From contig VFFB01000003.1 in NCBI GenBank assembly GCA_018882585.1, positions 10,359 through 74,358 on the forward strand: a DNA stretch of 64,000 nt, read 5' to 3'. Of the stretch, positions 39,824 through 50,020 are shown piece after piece. The translations under genes and the position numbers were made by a program. Source of the stretch: Candidatus Kapaibacterium sp. (GTDB lineage: Bacteria > Bacteroidota > Ignavibacteria > Kapaibacteriales > Kapaibacteriaceae). The notes under the pieces were generated by a model. The model was not told the DNA's origin. It saw only the letters and a list, made by a program, of their open reading frames with translations, and did no database searches. Position 1 is the first letter of the stretch; the number at the start of each line of letters is the position of its first letter.

Positions 39824-42364
39824 TTATCTGTGAACCACTAGGGCTGTGCGCCGGCCAACGCGGATAGCATACAGGCCCGGCGGCAACTGCGTAAACGGTA
39901 CCATCACCGGAGATATCTCGACCGTGTCGCGCCAGACTGGTATGCCGTTCATGTTGACTACGTCAACGGCAAGGCCATAATCCTCTGGCGATACATCGAT
40001 CTTGAGTACATCTTCAACTGGATTTGGAAACGGAACAAGAGAAGCCGCCGCATCGTCTATATCGCCGACTCCTGTCGTAGATACAATGCGAACGCGGGCA
40101 ATGTTCGACACATTAGTTGAACCTACTCGGGTGAATTCCCCAACGAGCACAATGTCTCGGCTTCCTTGCCATGCCATTGCCGAGATTCCTCTGTTTGTTG
40201 TCACGAGAGTGTCCTTGTCGACACTTCCGTCCGAACGCACACGCATGATCGCTGTGCCACGACTCACATAGAGGTCGCCGTTGTTGGCGCCCAGGAATCT
40301 ATTGCCATACCTCGTGAGGTAAGGAGCATAGCTGGGGTCAACTCTTCCCGAACGCAAAAGCCGTGTGATACTCGTGTTTACCACTGATTTGTAGCGACCG
40401 TTTATCACTTCGCACACTTCCGAAAACTGACCAGCAATAATGACCGACCCATCGGCGAACGTGACGACGTCAGTGATATCCGTACCGCTGGTTCCACGCA
40501 GGAACATGATAGAGTTAAACCTCTCGTCACGCGACCCGTTCGGCTTCAGGCGCACCACGTCATAAACCTGAACGCCATCGTAGCCACTTATACGTCCGGC
40601 GATGATCAGGTCGGCATTCGCCGTCAGCTCCATCGCCTTTATTGGTGCGACTGGGTAATCCGCAGGAGATTTGCTATACGCATTGATTCCCAGGCCAAGC
40701 CGAAAGGTTGTGTCAAGACTTCCATCCGATAGCAATCTGGCCAGGTACTTTTGTTCGACATCGCCAACGGAAGTAAAGTGCCCCGAGATATAGACCCGTC
40801 CATCCGGCAAGGGCCGCGCACGGTGCACCGCTGCGGCAAGACTCTTTGGAATACGGAACGTGGTATCAACAAAGCCGTCTGAGAACAGTCGTACCAGACC
40901 GCCAGTATCCGTGCTGTTAGACGGGTAATACCTCAGGACATAGACTCGCCCAAGACTGTCGTGACCCTGCACATCAGCACGCACACGGCCAAGCCAGTAG
41001 GCAGGAAGTTGATAGCGGTCCTGCACGGAGGACAACGCACCATCCGAGGTCATGATGACCACCGGACCGTATGTTGCATTGTCTATCGAAGAGATCAATC
41101 CCCCAGCGACGACGGAACCGTCATCACGTACTGTCACTGACCCATATGTTCCCGCGTTACCGCACATAGCTGCATACGCGTCATCGAGGGTATAGTCTGG
41201 GTTCAACTTTGCATGGCCATGTCGTCGCGTGCGCCCGATGAATTGGAACGTGCCGGACAGTACAATCGAACCGTCACGCAGTCGTAGGGCAGTGCTGACC
41301 TGACCATAACTCGGTTCGCCCACGGTTTGATCAAGCACAGCCCGCTCTCCAACAACCATCGTTGCATACCATACAACAGGGTCGGGGTAACGCCGCACTC
41401 TACGCGAGCCATATGCAAGGTAACTGTTGCCACCTAACGGCATGATGCCTCGAATGATGCTCTGGGATACGTCCCATACCGGGGCGTCTGCGCGCGCGGT
41501 GCCGTCCGCATTGATCAACACCAGCGTACTCAGGTAGTCACTCGAACTGTTCACGGCTTGATTTGTCGCCACAAGCAATTCGCCGCCACTAACAACGCGG
41601 ACATCGACAACGACGTGTGCCGAGTCAATTGCCGGAATGAACGACGTGTCGACGGATCCATTTTCGCGCACCTTTGCAAGTTTCGACACCGGGATTCCAC
41701 CCAACCCTGTAAACGAACCCCGCAAAAGCATCTCGCCGTCGGCAAGCATCGTGATTCCGGTTACGTAGTAATTTTTGACAGCAGGCGGCGTGAATGTAGT
41801 GTCGATGGCACCTTCGGCAGTCAGGCGCATCGCACCAACCCACGTGGTGCCGTTCGTGCGAGCGTCGCGGAAGCAGCCTGCTACAACAACGCGCCCCTCA
41901 TTATCAACGGCTATGCACGTTGGTTCACCCTTGTAATAATCACCGATGCCAAACTGTATGCTGGAGAAGGTTGGGTCGATCGTACCGTCAACGAAGACGC
42001 GCGCGACATACCATGCATTACCACCATTGGGACGATACAGGATCACAAGAGAGCTATCACTATACCATGCCGCAGCCATGGCGCTACGCCAACCAAGCTC
42101 GTCGGTTGCCCCCCAACTATTGTCAATGGAACCGTCCGGCAAGATCCGTAGCGCTGGCTCTGCTATCTCACCGCGGAAGATGTGAAGAGTTGTACCATCC
42201 GGCAGTGCGAACATCTGCGTCGGAGTTCTACGATATTCATCTTCACACTGATCACGAAACACCTGCGCAAAGGACGTGTCAACCGCCTGTGCATACGTAG
42301 GGATCGTGCAAGCAAGCAGCATGCAACCAATTACAATGCGCAACACCAATGAACAACGGTGCAT
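39824..42364 (-). CDS. Delta-60 repeat beta-propeller protein with type-A T9SS CTD (paralog A)
   Basis: Signal peptide MHRCSLVLRIVIGCMLLACTIPTYAQA. There are about 12 repeats of roughly 60 aa with (V/I)D(T/S/P)(T/S)F...G motifs (GSIDNSW, GTIDPTF, GAIDTTF, GSVDTSF...). The C-terminus is VVNMNGIPVWRDTVEISPV...GLYAIRV. Confidence 0.75.
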   Translation of the reverse strand: MHRCSLVLRIVIGCMLLACTIPTYAQAVDTSFAQVFRDQCEDEYRRTPTQMFALPDGTTLHIFRGEIAEPALRILPDGSIDNSWGATDELGWRSAMAAAWYSDSSLVILYRPNGGNAWYVARVFVDGTIDPTFSSIQFGIGDYYKGEPTCIAVDNEGRVVVAGCFRDARTNGTTWVGAMRLTAEGAIDTTFTPPAVKNYYVTGITMLADGEMLLRGSFTGLGGIPVSKLAKVRENGSVDTSFIPAIDSAHVVVDVRVVSGGELLVATNQAVNSSSDYLSTLVLINADGTARADAPVWDVSQSIIRGIMPLGGNSYLAYGSRRVRRYPDPVVWYATMVVGERAVLDQTVGEPSYGQVSTALRLRDGSIVLSGTFQFIGRTRRHGHAKLNPDYTLDDAYAAMCGNAGTYGSVTVRDDGSVVAGGLISSIDNATYGPVVIMTSDGALSSVQDRYQLPAYWLGRVRADVQGHDSLGRVYVLRYYPSNSTDTGGLVRLFSDGFVDTTFRIPKSLAAAVHRARPLPDGRVYISGHFTSVGDVEQKYLARLLSDGSLDTTFRLGLGINAYSKSPADYPVAPIKAMELTANADLIIAGRISGYDGVQVYDVVRLKPNGSRDERFNSIMFLRGTSGTDITDVVTFADGSVIIAGQFSEVCEVINGRYKSVVNTSITRLLRSGRVDPSYAPYLTRYGNRFLGANNGDLYVSRGTAIMRVRSDGSVDKDTLVTTNRGISAMAWQGSRDIVLVGEFTRVGSTNVSNIARVRIVSTTGVGDIDDAAASLVPFPNPVEDVLKIDVSPEDYGLAVDVVNMNGIPVWRDTVEISPVMVPFTQLPPGLYAIRVGRRTALVVHR

Positions 42365-42490
42365 GGATTCTCCATAGCAGTGCCGTGCATAGTAACACGC
42401 ACGCACGAAAACACCTAACGGATTGCTCTGCGTTACACAACCTTCAGCAATGCACAGGTAGAGTCAGTCGTATCCGACGGTGGAACAGAC

Positions 42491-42528
42491 AAATGGGTGC
42501 CTGAATGGCACCCCTTTGTTGTTTATTC
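42491..42528. terminator. GC hairpin, copy 2 (duplicated with upstream unit)
   Basis: AAATGGGTGCC-TGAAT-GGCACCCCTTTG followed by TTGTTTATT. It has a one-base difference from copy 1. Confidence 0.5.
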
Positions 42529-42543
42529 GTATGTGTCGTGCCC

Positions 42544-45048
42544 TTATCTGTGAACCACCAGGGCTGTGCGCCGGCCAACGCAGATCGCATACAGGCCCGG
42601 CGGCAACTGCGTAAACGGTACCATCACCGGAGATGTCTCGACCGTGTCGCGCCAAACGGACACGCCGTTCATGTTGACAACGTCAATGCCAACGCCGTAG
42701 TCCTCTGGTGCCACATCAAGCCAAAGCTCATCATCAACAGGATTAGGAACGGCAATGAGTGGCAAAGAAACAACATCAGGTTCTTGAACTGAGGTGGCGA
42801 CCGGCACTTGGATACGAGCGATGTGTGAAACTTCTGTTAGACCCACACGGTTGAACAGGCCGACGAACACAATGTTCTTGGCACCCTGCCACGACATGGA
42901 TGTAATGTAGCCGTTCGTTGTCGCAAGAAGCACGTCATCAACTGTTCCGTCTGAGCGCACACGCAATATCCCTTGACCAGCCACAAGAATGTTACCGTCG
43001 GTGTCACAGAGTATGTCCTGAACACCACGCACTGCAGAGACGTCAGGAGCAAAGTCTCGGTCGAGGGTGCCCTGCCGCGACAGACGTATGATGTTCGAGT
43101 ACACGACGTCGTTTACCTGGGAAAACAATCCAGCAATGACAGCGGATCCATCCGGAAGTACGACCAGATGGTTGATATCGTTGGACATGCTCCCAACAAG
43201 CTTTAGGTTGGGGGCAAACATTGAATCTCGCTGACCATTTGGATGCAATCGCACGATGCTGGTAGCGGTAACGCCGTCGTAGCCATTGATCCGGCCCGCG
43301 ACCACAAGATCGCCATCTGGTGTGATCTCCATTGCCCGTACCGGTGATACAACGCCGGAGGCGTCAGGCAATGTGGTGTCGGTCATAATGCCGGAGGCCA
43401 GCTTGAATGTGGTGTCTAAACTTCCGTCCACAAGCAAACGCGCTACGTACTTCTGTTCAACGCCTTCAATCGTTGTGAAGTATCCGGAGACATATGCACG
43501 GCCATCTGGCAGCGGGCGCGCGTGCCTCACTGCCAACTCAAGACCCTTCGGAATCCGGAACGTGCTGTCGATGGAGCCGTCGGGCAATAGTCGTACCAGG
43601 TCGCCATGATCCGTTTCGTTGTTGTTGTGCATGAGAACAGCATACACACGCTCAAGACTGTCGTGTCCCTGCACAATAGCATACACGTTGCCGAACCAAT
43701 AGGCAGGAAGTTGGTAGCGATCCTGTATAGGAGACAACGTACCATCCGAGGCCATCACAACCACCGGGCCGGTGGTCGTTTTGCCTACCGCTGCTATGGT
43801 TCCTCCAGCGACGACAGTACCATCACTGCGTATGATCACTGATTGCAAGGTGCCCTCGATGCCACACGGCTCGGCAAAAGCGTCATCCAGAGCAAACGAC
43901 TGCGTAAGTCGTATGTAGTCTCGACGCGGCGTACGCCCGATGAATCCGAACGTGCCAGACAGTACAATCGCACCGTCATGCTGTCGTAGCGCGGCATTGA
44001 TCTGACCAAGGTTCGGTTCGCCGACTGTTCGATCAAGCACACCCTGCACACCAACTGCCACCGTTGCATACCACACTGCAGGGTCGCGCCGATACGCCAG
44101 CAGACGCGAACCGTATGCAAGGTAGGTGTTGCCACCTAACGGAAGGACACCTTGAATGATGTTCTGGGATACATCCCATGCCGGCGCAGGTGTGCGCGCA
44201 GTGCCGTCAGCATTGATCACAACCAGCGTACTTGTGTAACGGTTCGACGTATTGCTGCTTGTTGTTGCAACAAGCAATCCGCCATCGCCAACAACGTGGA
44301 CGTCAACGACGGAATGTGCCGTGTCGATCGCCGGAATGAACGATGTGTCGACGGTGCCTGCAACGCTCAGCTTGGCAAGTTTCGTTGCCGTTGTTCCGCC
44401 AAGCCCTCTGAAGGAGCCATGGACGAGGAACTCGCCACCAGGAAGCATCGTAATGCCAGTGATAAACAGATCCCGGATGGTCGGAGCAGTGAATGAATCA
44501 TCGACGACACCTGAGGGCGTTAGTCGTAACGCACCAACCATCGCACTCGTACGAGCGTCGCGAAAACGACCAGCAACAACAACGCGCTGCCGGTCATCGA
44601 CGCTAAGGCAGGTTGGATACCCCGACCCAAATGGTTCCGATGCAAAGGCAGAATCGATCGTACCATCTGTAAACACCCTAACTACACGAGACAGGTTGTC
44701 GGTCTCTCGGCGATATAACATGACAAGAGCGTTATCACCGTGCCATGCTGCAGCCGAGGCACTCCAGCCTTGCAGTGTGGTTGCACCCCAGCTACTATCG
44801 ATAGCACCGTCGGGCAAGGTGCGTAACGCCGCGCGAAGCATACCGTCAATGCGAGGGTTACTGCCAACGTGTAGAATAGAACCATCGGCCAAGGCAAACA
44901 TGTCGGTGGTACCTGTTGGATAGCTCCGCGTACAGTGCTCACGAAACGCCGGCGCAAAGGACGGATCGGCCTCCTGTGCATGTACTTGACTTGCGCGGAT
45001 GAACAGCAGACAGCTGAATGCGATGCGCAACAACGACCATCTGGCCAT
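42544..45048 (-). CDS. Delta-60 repeat beta-propeller protein with type-A T9SS CTD (paralog B)
   Basis: Signal peptide MARWSLLRIAFSCLLFIRASQVHAQ. It has the same repeat architecture as paralog A (GAIDSSW, GTIDSAF, GVVDDSF, GTVDTSF...). The C-terminal ~46 aa are nearly identical to paralog A. Confidence 0.75.
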   Translation of the reverse strand: MARWSLLRIAFSCLLFIRASQVHAQEADPSFAPAFREHCTRSYPTGTTDMFALADGSILHVGSNPRIDGMLRAALRTLPDGAIDSSWGATTLQGWSASAAAWHGDNALVMLYRRETDNLSRVVRVFTDGTIDSAFASEPFGSGYPTCLSVDDRQRVVVAGRFRDARTSAMVGALRLTPSGVVDDSFTAPTIRDLFITGITMLPGGEFLVHGSFRGLGGTTATKLAKLSVAGTVDTSFIPAIDTAHSVVDVHVVGDGGLLVATTSSNTSNRYTSTLVVINADGTARTPAPAWDVSQNIIQGVLPLGGNTYLAYGSRLLAYRRDPAVWYATVAVGVQGVLDRTVGEPNLGQINAALRQHDGAIVLSGTFGFIGRTPRRDYIRLTQSFALDDAFAEPCGIEGTLQSVIIRSDGTVVAGGTIAAVGKTTTGPVVVMASDGTLSPIQDRYQLPAYWFGNVYAIVQGHDSLERVYAVLMHNNNETDHGDLVRLLPDGSIDSTFRIPKGLELAVRHARPLPDGRAYVSGYFTTIEGVEQKYVARLLVDGSLDTTFKLASGIMTDTTLPDASGVVSPVRAMEITPDGDLVVAGRINGYDGVTATSIVRLHPNGQRDSMFAPNLKLVGSMSNDINHLVVLPDGSAVIAGLFSQVNDVVYSNIIRLSRQGTLDRDFAPDVSAVRGVQDILCDTDGNILVAGQGILRVRSDGTVDDVLLATTNGYITSMSWQGAKNIVFVGLFNRVGLTEVSHIARIQVPVATSVQEPDVVSLPLIAVPNPVDDELWLDVAPEDYGVGIDVVNMNGVSVWRDTVETSPVMVPFTQLPPGLYAICVGRRTALVVHR

Positions 45049-45160
45049 GATTCCTCCGTAGCGGCAACACAAACCGAAACAGCATGATACGATAAGATAG
45101 CATGCATCCATCCGACCGATGTAGCAACCGTCCGTTACATTCGGCTCGCGAATACGACGG

Positions 45161-45760
45161 TCAGAAACCGCCAGTTCCCACGATAGTTCGAAATGTCAGG
45201 TTGATCCTAGGCTCTGCCACGCCACGCTCTTTCGGCACCCGGTGATACCAGTGTTCCTGCATTGCCCCCTTCATCACCAGTACGCTGGAATGGTGAAGGG
45301 GCAGTGCCAGACGCTGTGAAGGGTCGGACCGGTGTTTGCACTGAAACATGCGCGTCGCGCCAAGACTTATCGATGCGATGACGGGGTTGACGCCAAGCTC
45401 GCGCTCGTTGTCGCGATGCCATCCCATGCTGTCTGCGCCGTTCCTATACAGGTTTAGCAGAACGGTTGTGAATGACGTGTCAGCATGTTGTTCGGCGACA
45501 TCTTTCAACTTGAGGAGCGTCGGCGTCCACGGCAGAGGACGCATGGTCCGGCCTGAATAGCGATACGTAAAGCCATCGTCACCATACAGAGCCGTTCTTC
45601 GTGGTTGCATCACCTGACGTCCGAACATCGTGATGGTTTCGTCGCGCCAGGCAGTATCCTGCAACAACGTTTTGAACCACGATAGTGTCGTGGCATCATC
45701 TACGTTCATATCGTGCATCGTCATGATGCCGTCGCACGGTAACAGGTTCATCGACATCAT
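45161..45760 (-). CDS. alkB: AlkB-like 2OG-Fe(II) dioxygenase (alkylated DNA/RNA repair)
   Basis: The HxD...H facial triad context is present (GWHRDNE, HRVP). It has the NLTFR C-terminal motif. The length of about 199 aa is typical. Confidence 0.7.
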   Translation of the reverse strand: MMSMNLLPCDGIMTMHDMNVDDATTLSWFKTLLQDTAWRDETITMFGRQVMQPRRTALYGDDGFTYRYSGRTMRPLPWTPTLLKLKDVAEQHADTSFTTVLLNLYRNGADSMGWHRDNERELGVNPVIASISLGATRMFQCKHRSDPSQRLALPLHHSSVLVMKGAMQEHWYHRVPKERGVAEPRINLTFRTIVGTGGF

Positions 45761-45772
45761 ACCGATAGTGCT

Positions 45773-46522
45773 TTAGAGCAGTCGATGCGCCAGGATATCC
45801 TCGTGGTCGCGTTGCACGGAAAAGCCATGGCGTTGCAACAGCGACAGAAGGTCGTCAAGGAGGGGTGTGGGAATATGCTTGTACTCAAAAACGACCGTGT
45901 GCGTTTTCCATTCGTCGAAACGAATGCGACTGACCACTTCGTGGTCGTAGCCCTCGACATCGACAACGATGATGTCGACCCTTGGAAGGGCGCTTTCGGA
46001 TACGATCTCGTCGAGTGTTCTACATGGTACATCGATCGACGTTATGCATGATGCTGCATCAGGAAGCTCGGCTGTTGCCTGTACAACCTGGTTTCGATCG
46101 AAGGACCCAACACCTCGTGCCCACGCAGGAAGATGACGTCCCTTTTCGGCATCGATGTAGTACAGCCGCATTGCTCGCTCTTGATGGTGGACGGCAATGT
46201 TAAGCAGCTGTACCGGCAGGCCTGCGTAGTGCGCACGAAGTGCGCGAAAGAACGACGGTACGGGCTCGACGGCGACTCCATGCCATCGGTATCGACTTGC
46301 ATGGTCATAGACGTGGTCGGCCATCACTCCGTCGTTCGCACCGATCAGCATGAATGTCTGCTCACGCCTACGACGCACCACCGACCGGAGGTGGTCGTGC
46401 ACCATGCGCTCGCCACGGATGGACGTCGGAAGGGCGCGGTACAGACGTCGCAGAAACAGATGTAACCGACGAAACCGTCCCGTAACGGCCGTGACAGGTG
46501 CGATGATGGAGTCTAGTGCCAT
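45773..46522 (-). CDS. FkbM-family SAM-dependent methyltransferase
   Basis: MLIGANDG and VEP motifs. The order of the nucleotide fold is typical of the FkbM family. The start is chosen at ATG MALDS, and the upstream extension is possible. Confidence 0.55.
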   Translation of the reverse strand: MALDSIIAPVTAVTGRFRRLHLFLRRLYRALPTSIRGERMVHDHLRSVVRRRREQTFMLIGANDGVMADHVYDHASRYRWHGVAVEPVPSFFRALRAHYAGLPVQLLNIAVHHQERAMRLYYIDAEKGRHLPAWARGVGSFDRNQVVQATAELPDAASCITSIDVPCRTLDEIVSESALPRVDIIVVDVEGYDHEVVSRIRFDEWKTHTVVFEYKHIPTPLLDDLLSLLQRHGFSVQRDHEDILAHRLL

Positions 46523-46635
46523 GACGTGCAAGTTACGCCGACATGTATAACCCTTGCGAATACGCAGGGGGATGCCGTGCACGGTAAACGCCACACGTCG
46601 TGTATCTTGAATGACCATACACGTGCCAAGAACCA

Positions 46636-47550
46636 ATGCAAATTCTCATTCTCGGCGCCGGTAGCCGAACGGCAGCTGCGCTGATTCCGATGATTCTTGA
46701 AGAGACAGAGGCAGATGTGACGCTTGTTTCACGACATGCCATCCTCTCGGACGATCCGCGCATCACGTCTATCGAGGCTGACATCACCGATCGGGCGACG
46801 CTAAAAGACATCGTGATGTCGACGCTTCCTGACGTCGTCGTCAACCTGGCGGCGATGACCCATGTGGATCGCTGCGAGGTCGACCGGAGCGAATGCTGGT
46901 CCCTTAACGTCACACTGGTCGAGAACATCACCCGATTCTGTCGGGCTACAGACGCTCATCTGATTCACTTCTCGACCGACTACATCTTTGATGGTCTGCG
47001 CGGTCCGTATGCAGAGGACGACACGCCCAACCCCATCAGCTACTACGGGAAGGCCAAGCTCGCGGGTGAGAACGTCGTCACCAGCAGCGGGGTTGATGCC
47101 ACGATCATCCGTACGAATGTGGTCTATGGTCCGAGCCCCGACCACCCGGACTTCGTGCTCTACGTTCTGCATTCGATCGACCATGGAAAACCTGTGAACG
47201 CCGCCGGCGATCAGTACTCGAATCCGACCTACGTCGATGACATCGCCGAGGCAACCATACGGATCATCCGAAAGCGGCGGACCGGGGTGTATCACGTTGG
47301 AGGGCGTGACTACCTGAGCAGATATGAGTTTGCCTGCATCGTTGCCGAAACCTTCAAGCTGCCTACCACACTCATCAACAACGTCACGACCGAGTCGCTT
47401 GCGTTACCTGCCCGGCGGCCGCTTCGCGGAGGCTTGATCTGCACCAAGGCCGAAGCTGACCTGGGCATGCAGTTCATGGGGGTATCCTCGGGCCTGATCA
47501 CCCTACGACACAAACTTTTCCAGCGGACCGCCCCACCTGGCAATCGCTGA
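46636..47550 (+). CDS. RmlD-like NAD(P)-dependent sugar-nucleotide reductase/epimerase (dTDP-4-dehydrorhamnose reductase family)
   Basis: N-terminal Rossmann ILILGAGSRTAAAL. Catalytic YYGKAK (YxxxK). There is overall colinearity with RfbD/RmlD. Confidence 0.55.
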   Translation: MQILILGAGSRTAAALIPMILEETEADVTLVSRHAILSDDPRITSIEADITDRATLKDIVMSTLPDVVVNLAAMTHVDRCEVDRSECWSLNVTLVENITRFCRATDAHLIHFSTDYIFDGLRGPYAEDDTPNPISYYGKAKLAGENVVTSSGVDATIIRTNVVYGPSPDHPDFVLYVLHSIDHGKPVNAAGDQYSNPTYVDDIAEATIRIIRKRRTGVYHVGGRDYLSRYEFACIVAETFKLPTTLINNVTTESLALPARRPLRGGLICTKAEADLGMQFMGVSSGLITLRHKLFQRTAPPGNR

Positions 47551-47558
47551 CCAGTTGA

Positions 47559-47599
47559 TAAAAAACTACAAGCCCCGCCTGGAAAGGTTGACGGGGCTT
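47559..47599 (-). terminator. Hairpin with T-tract (terminator for comM, convergent with RmlD-like gene)
   Basis: AAGCCCCG-N14-CGGGGCTT. On the minus strand it is followed by TGTAGTTTTTTATC. Confidence 0.4.
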
Positions 47600-47731
47600 G
47601 GGGGGTGGGACGTGGAAGAACGGGGACACGTTCTTCTACACTATGGAGGGGACTAGCGTGTAGGACGGCATAACGCCTGTCGTAGTGTCGCAGGTTCCCC
47701 GAACATTCTCCGAAAAATGAACTGCATCGGC

Positions 47732-49276
47732 CTACAGGCCCCATGTTGCGCGATCGAGACTCCGGTACTGCACGGCTTCGGCAACGTCCGACGCTGTGAT
47801 ATGGTCGTGCTCTCCAAGGTCGGCGATCGTACGAGCCACCTTGATGATACGGTCGTAGGCCCGTGCCGAGAACCCCATCGACGTCATGGCCCGGCGCAGC
47901 AGTGCCGCCCCCTCGGCGTCGAGCACGCAGTGCATGCGCAGGTCGTTCGACGTCATGTCTGCATTCTTGAACACGCCCGTTGCGCCACGAAACCGCTCGT
48001 GCTGGATCGATCGCGCTGCCTCGACACGGGCGCGGATGCTTGCTGAGTGTTCACCTGTTGGTGCCGTCGAAAGTTCATCAACCTTGACAGCCGGCACCTG
48101 GACGTGGATGTCGATCCGGTCCATCAGGGGGCCACTGATCTTTGCCATGTACTTCTGCACGGCTTCGGGCCTGCACTGACATTGCTGATGCGGATTTCCA
48201 TAGTGGCCGCACGGACATGGATTCATCGAACACACAAGCATGACGTTGGCCGGAAACTCCACCGTCATCTTCGTCCGCGAAATGCATATCCGCTTGTCTT
48301 CCAGCGGTTGCCGTAGCACTTCCAGCACGTTCCGCTGGAACTCTGGTACCTCGTCAAGGAATAACACACCGTGGTGGGCAAGCGACACTTCGCCGGCACG
48401 CACAATGCCAACACCGCCCCCTACCAATGCCGCATCGCTGATGGTGTGATGAGGTGCTCGAAAGGGGCGTTGCGTCACCAGCGGACGTCCCGCCGGCAGT
48501 AAGCCGGCAACGGAGTGGATCTTCGTTGTCTCGAGCGACTCTGCAAGCGTAAGCGGGGGGAGGATTCCTGGCAGACGCTTGGCGATCATCGTTTTGCCCG
48601 AACCCGGCGGACCGATCATGATGATGTTGTGTCCGCCGGCGGCCGCAACTTCCAGTGCCCGCTTGACGGACATCTGTCCCTTGACATCCCGCAGGTCAAG
48701 GTCGGTCCGGTCACGCTCGCGACGGAACAAGGCATCAACGTCAACACGTACAGGCGTGGGGATCAGCATGCCATTCAGCAGAGCGACGGCATCGGCCAAC
48801 GTTTCCATGGGCACCACGTCGATATCGTCGACGATGGCTGCCTCGGCGGCGTTAGGAGCGGGCACCAGCAGGCGTTTACAACCGCGCGCCCTCATGGCCA
48901 TGGCAACCGGCAGCAGTCCATGCACGGGCCGTATGGTACCGTCCAAGGCCAGCTCGCCCATGATCACGGTGTTCGTGTCATCCAAGGGTGGCAGCCGCTG
49001 CAGCGAGATCAGCAGCCCGATGGCAATGGCCATGTCGAATGCACTGCCCTCTTTCCGTACGTCAGCCGGAGCCAGGTTGATGATGAAGCGTCGTGGTGGC
49101 AGATCAAAGCCGGTGTTCTTGAGTGCTGCCTGCACACGCTCCTTGGCTTCCCTGACGGAGTTGTCGGGGAGTCCTACGATGTGCATGCCCGGCAACCCCT
49201 GCTCGGCGTGTATCTCGATCTCGACCGGCACGGCCGTAATGCCGAACACCGATGCTGCATGTGTCTTTGCGTACAT
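47732..49276 (-). CDS. comM: YifB/ComM-family Mg-chelatase-like AAA+ ATPase
   Basis: N-terminal Lon-protease-like domain. Walker A GPPGSGKT, Walker B and arginine finger are present. The C-terminal ChlI-like region is colinear with ComM. The start is chosen at MYAKTHAASVFG, and the track's extension is unlikely. Confidence 0.85.
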   Translation of the reverse strand: MYAKTHAASVFGITAVPVEIEIHAEQGLPGMHIVGLPDNSVREAKERVQAALKNTGFDLPPRRFIINLAPADVRKEGSAFDMAIAIGLLISLQRLPPLDDTNTVIMGELALDGTIRPVHGLLPVAMAMRARGCKRLLVPAPNAAEAAIVDDIDVVPMETLADAVALLNGMLIPTPVRVDVDALFRRERDRTDLDLRDVKGQMSVKRALEVAAAGGHNIIMIGPPGSGKTMIAKRLPGILPPLTLAESLETTKIHSVAGLLPAGRPLVTQRPFRAPHHTISDAALVGGGVGIVRAGEVSLAHHGVLFLDEVPEFQRNVLEVLRQPLEDKRICISRTKMTVEFPANVMLVCSMNPCPCGHYGNPHQQCQCRPEAVQKYMAKISGPLMDRIDIHVQVPAVKVDELSTAPTGEHSASIRARVEAARSIQHERFRGATGVFKNADMTSNDLRMHCVLDAEGAALLRRAMTSMGFSARAYDRIIKVARTIADLGEHDHITASDVAEAVQYRSLDRATWGL

Positions 49277-49351
49277 GCACGATAGTGACACAACGCATGG
49301 AAAGTGTGACGCCGCCGTCACCACGTGCCGTGCGAGCCGTAGATTTGAACC

Positions 49352-49993
49352 ATGGCAGCAGCAAAGAAGTGGTACGTCGTATGGCACGGACATAACCCCG
49401 GCGTGTATGATTCCTGGGATGCTGCCGGCAAACAGGTGCAGGGTGTGCCGGGTGCGAAGTACAAGTCGTTTCCGTCAAAGGCCGAGGCCGAGGCAGCCTT
49501 CGTCGACGGGGCTGCACTGCACATTTCGTCGGCATCAGGCGGTACTTCCAAGCGGCCGAAGGCCGGACCGCGTGCGCTACCGGCTGCTGTGCGCCTTCCA
49601 AGTATTGCCGTCGATGCAGCGTGCGACATGACGACGGGCGTGATGGAGTACCGGGGTGTTGATCTTGCCACGGGCGCCGAGATCTTCCGCATGGGCCCCT
49701 TCCAGGATTCGTCGAACAACCTTGGCGAATTCCTTGCCATCGTCCATGCACTCGGATGGTGTAAGCAGCAGGGATCGGTCGTACCGATCTACTCCGACTC
49801 TCGAACAGCGCTCTCATGGGTGCGCCGGAAGTTTGCCAAAACGACCGTGGTTCGCACTCCGGGTAATGCCGTGGTGTTCGACCTTATCGCCCGTGCCGAA
49901 GACTGGGTGAAAAAGAACGCCTATGCGAATCCTGTTCTGAAGTGGAATACCGAGGACTGGGGCGAAAATCCGGCCGACTTTGGGCGGAAGTAA
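49352..49993 (+). CDS. Ribonuclease H1 with N-terminal RNA/DNA hybrid-binding domain (HBD)
   Basis: The N-terminus is KKWYVVWHGHNPGVYDSWDAAGKQVQGVPGAKYKSFPSKAEAEAAF, matching the HBD consensus (W..V..G...G.Y..W...V.G..GA.YK.F....EA..AF). The RNase H domain has the DEDD residues (VDAACD, NNLGEF, YSDS, ENPAD). Confidence 0.8.
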   Translation: MAAAKKWYVVWHGHNPGVYDSWDAAGKQVQGVPGAKYKSFPSKAEAEAAFVDGAALHISSASGGTSKRPKAGPRALPAAVRLPSIAVDAACDMTTGVMEYRGVDLATGAEIFRMGPFQDSSNNLGEFLAIVHALGWCKQQGSVVPIYSDSRTALSWVRRKFAKTTVVRTPGNAVVFDLIARAEDWVKKNAYANPVLKWNTEDWGENPADFGRK

Positions 49994-50020
49994 CGAATAC
50001 CGATCATCACCAATACAACC

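Larger units (their letters stand above)
39751..45111 (-). repeat. Tandem duplication (~2.7 kb unit) of delta-60-repeat T9SS gene plus downstream non-coding region
   Basis: 39751-39960 and 42470-42680 are near-identical (a few mismatches over about 200 nt), including the hairpin and the last roughly 45 codons. The gene bodies are clearly paralogous but diverged. Confidence 0.85.

Noticed and set aside
42464-42792. Short ORFs (63 and 95 aa) in the duplicated intergenic unit
   Set aside because: They fall in the near-identical non-coding repeat containing the hairpin. Equivalent frames in copy 1 are not conserved as ORFs, and they overlap the true start of paralog B.
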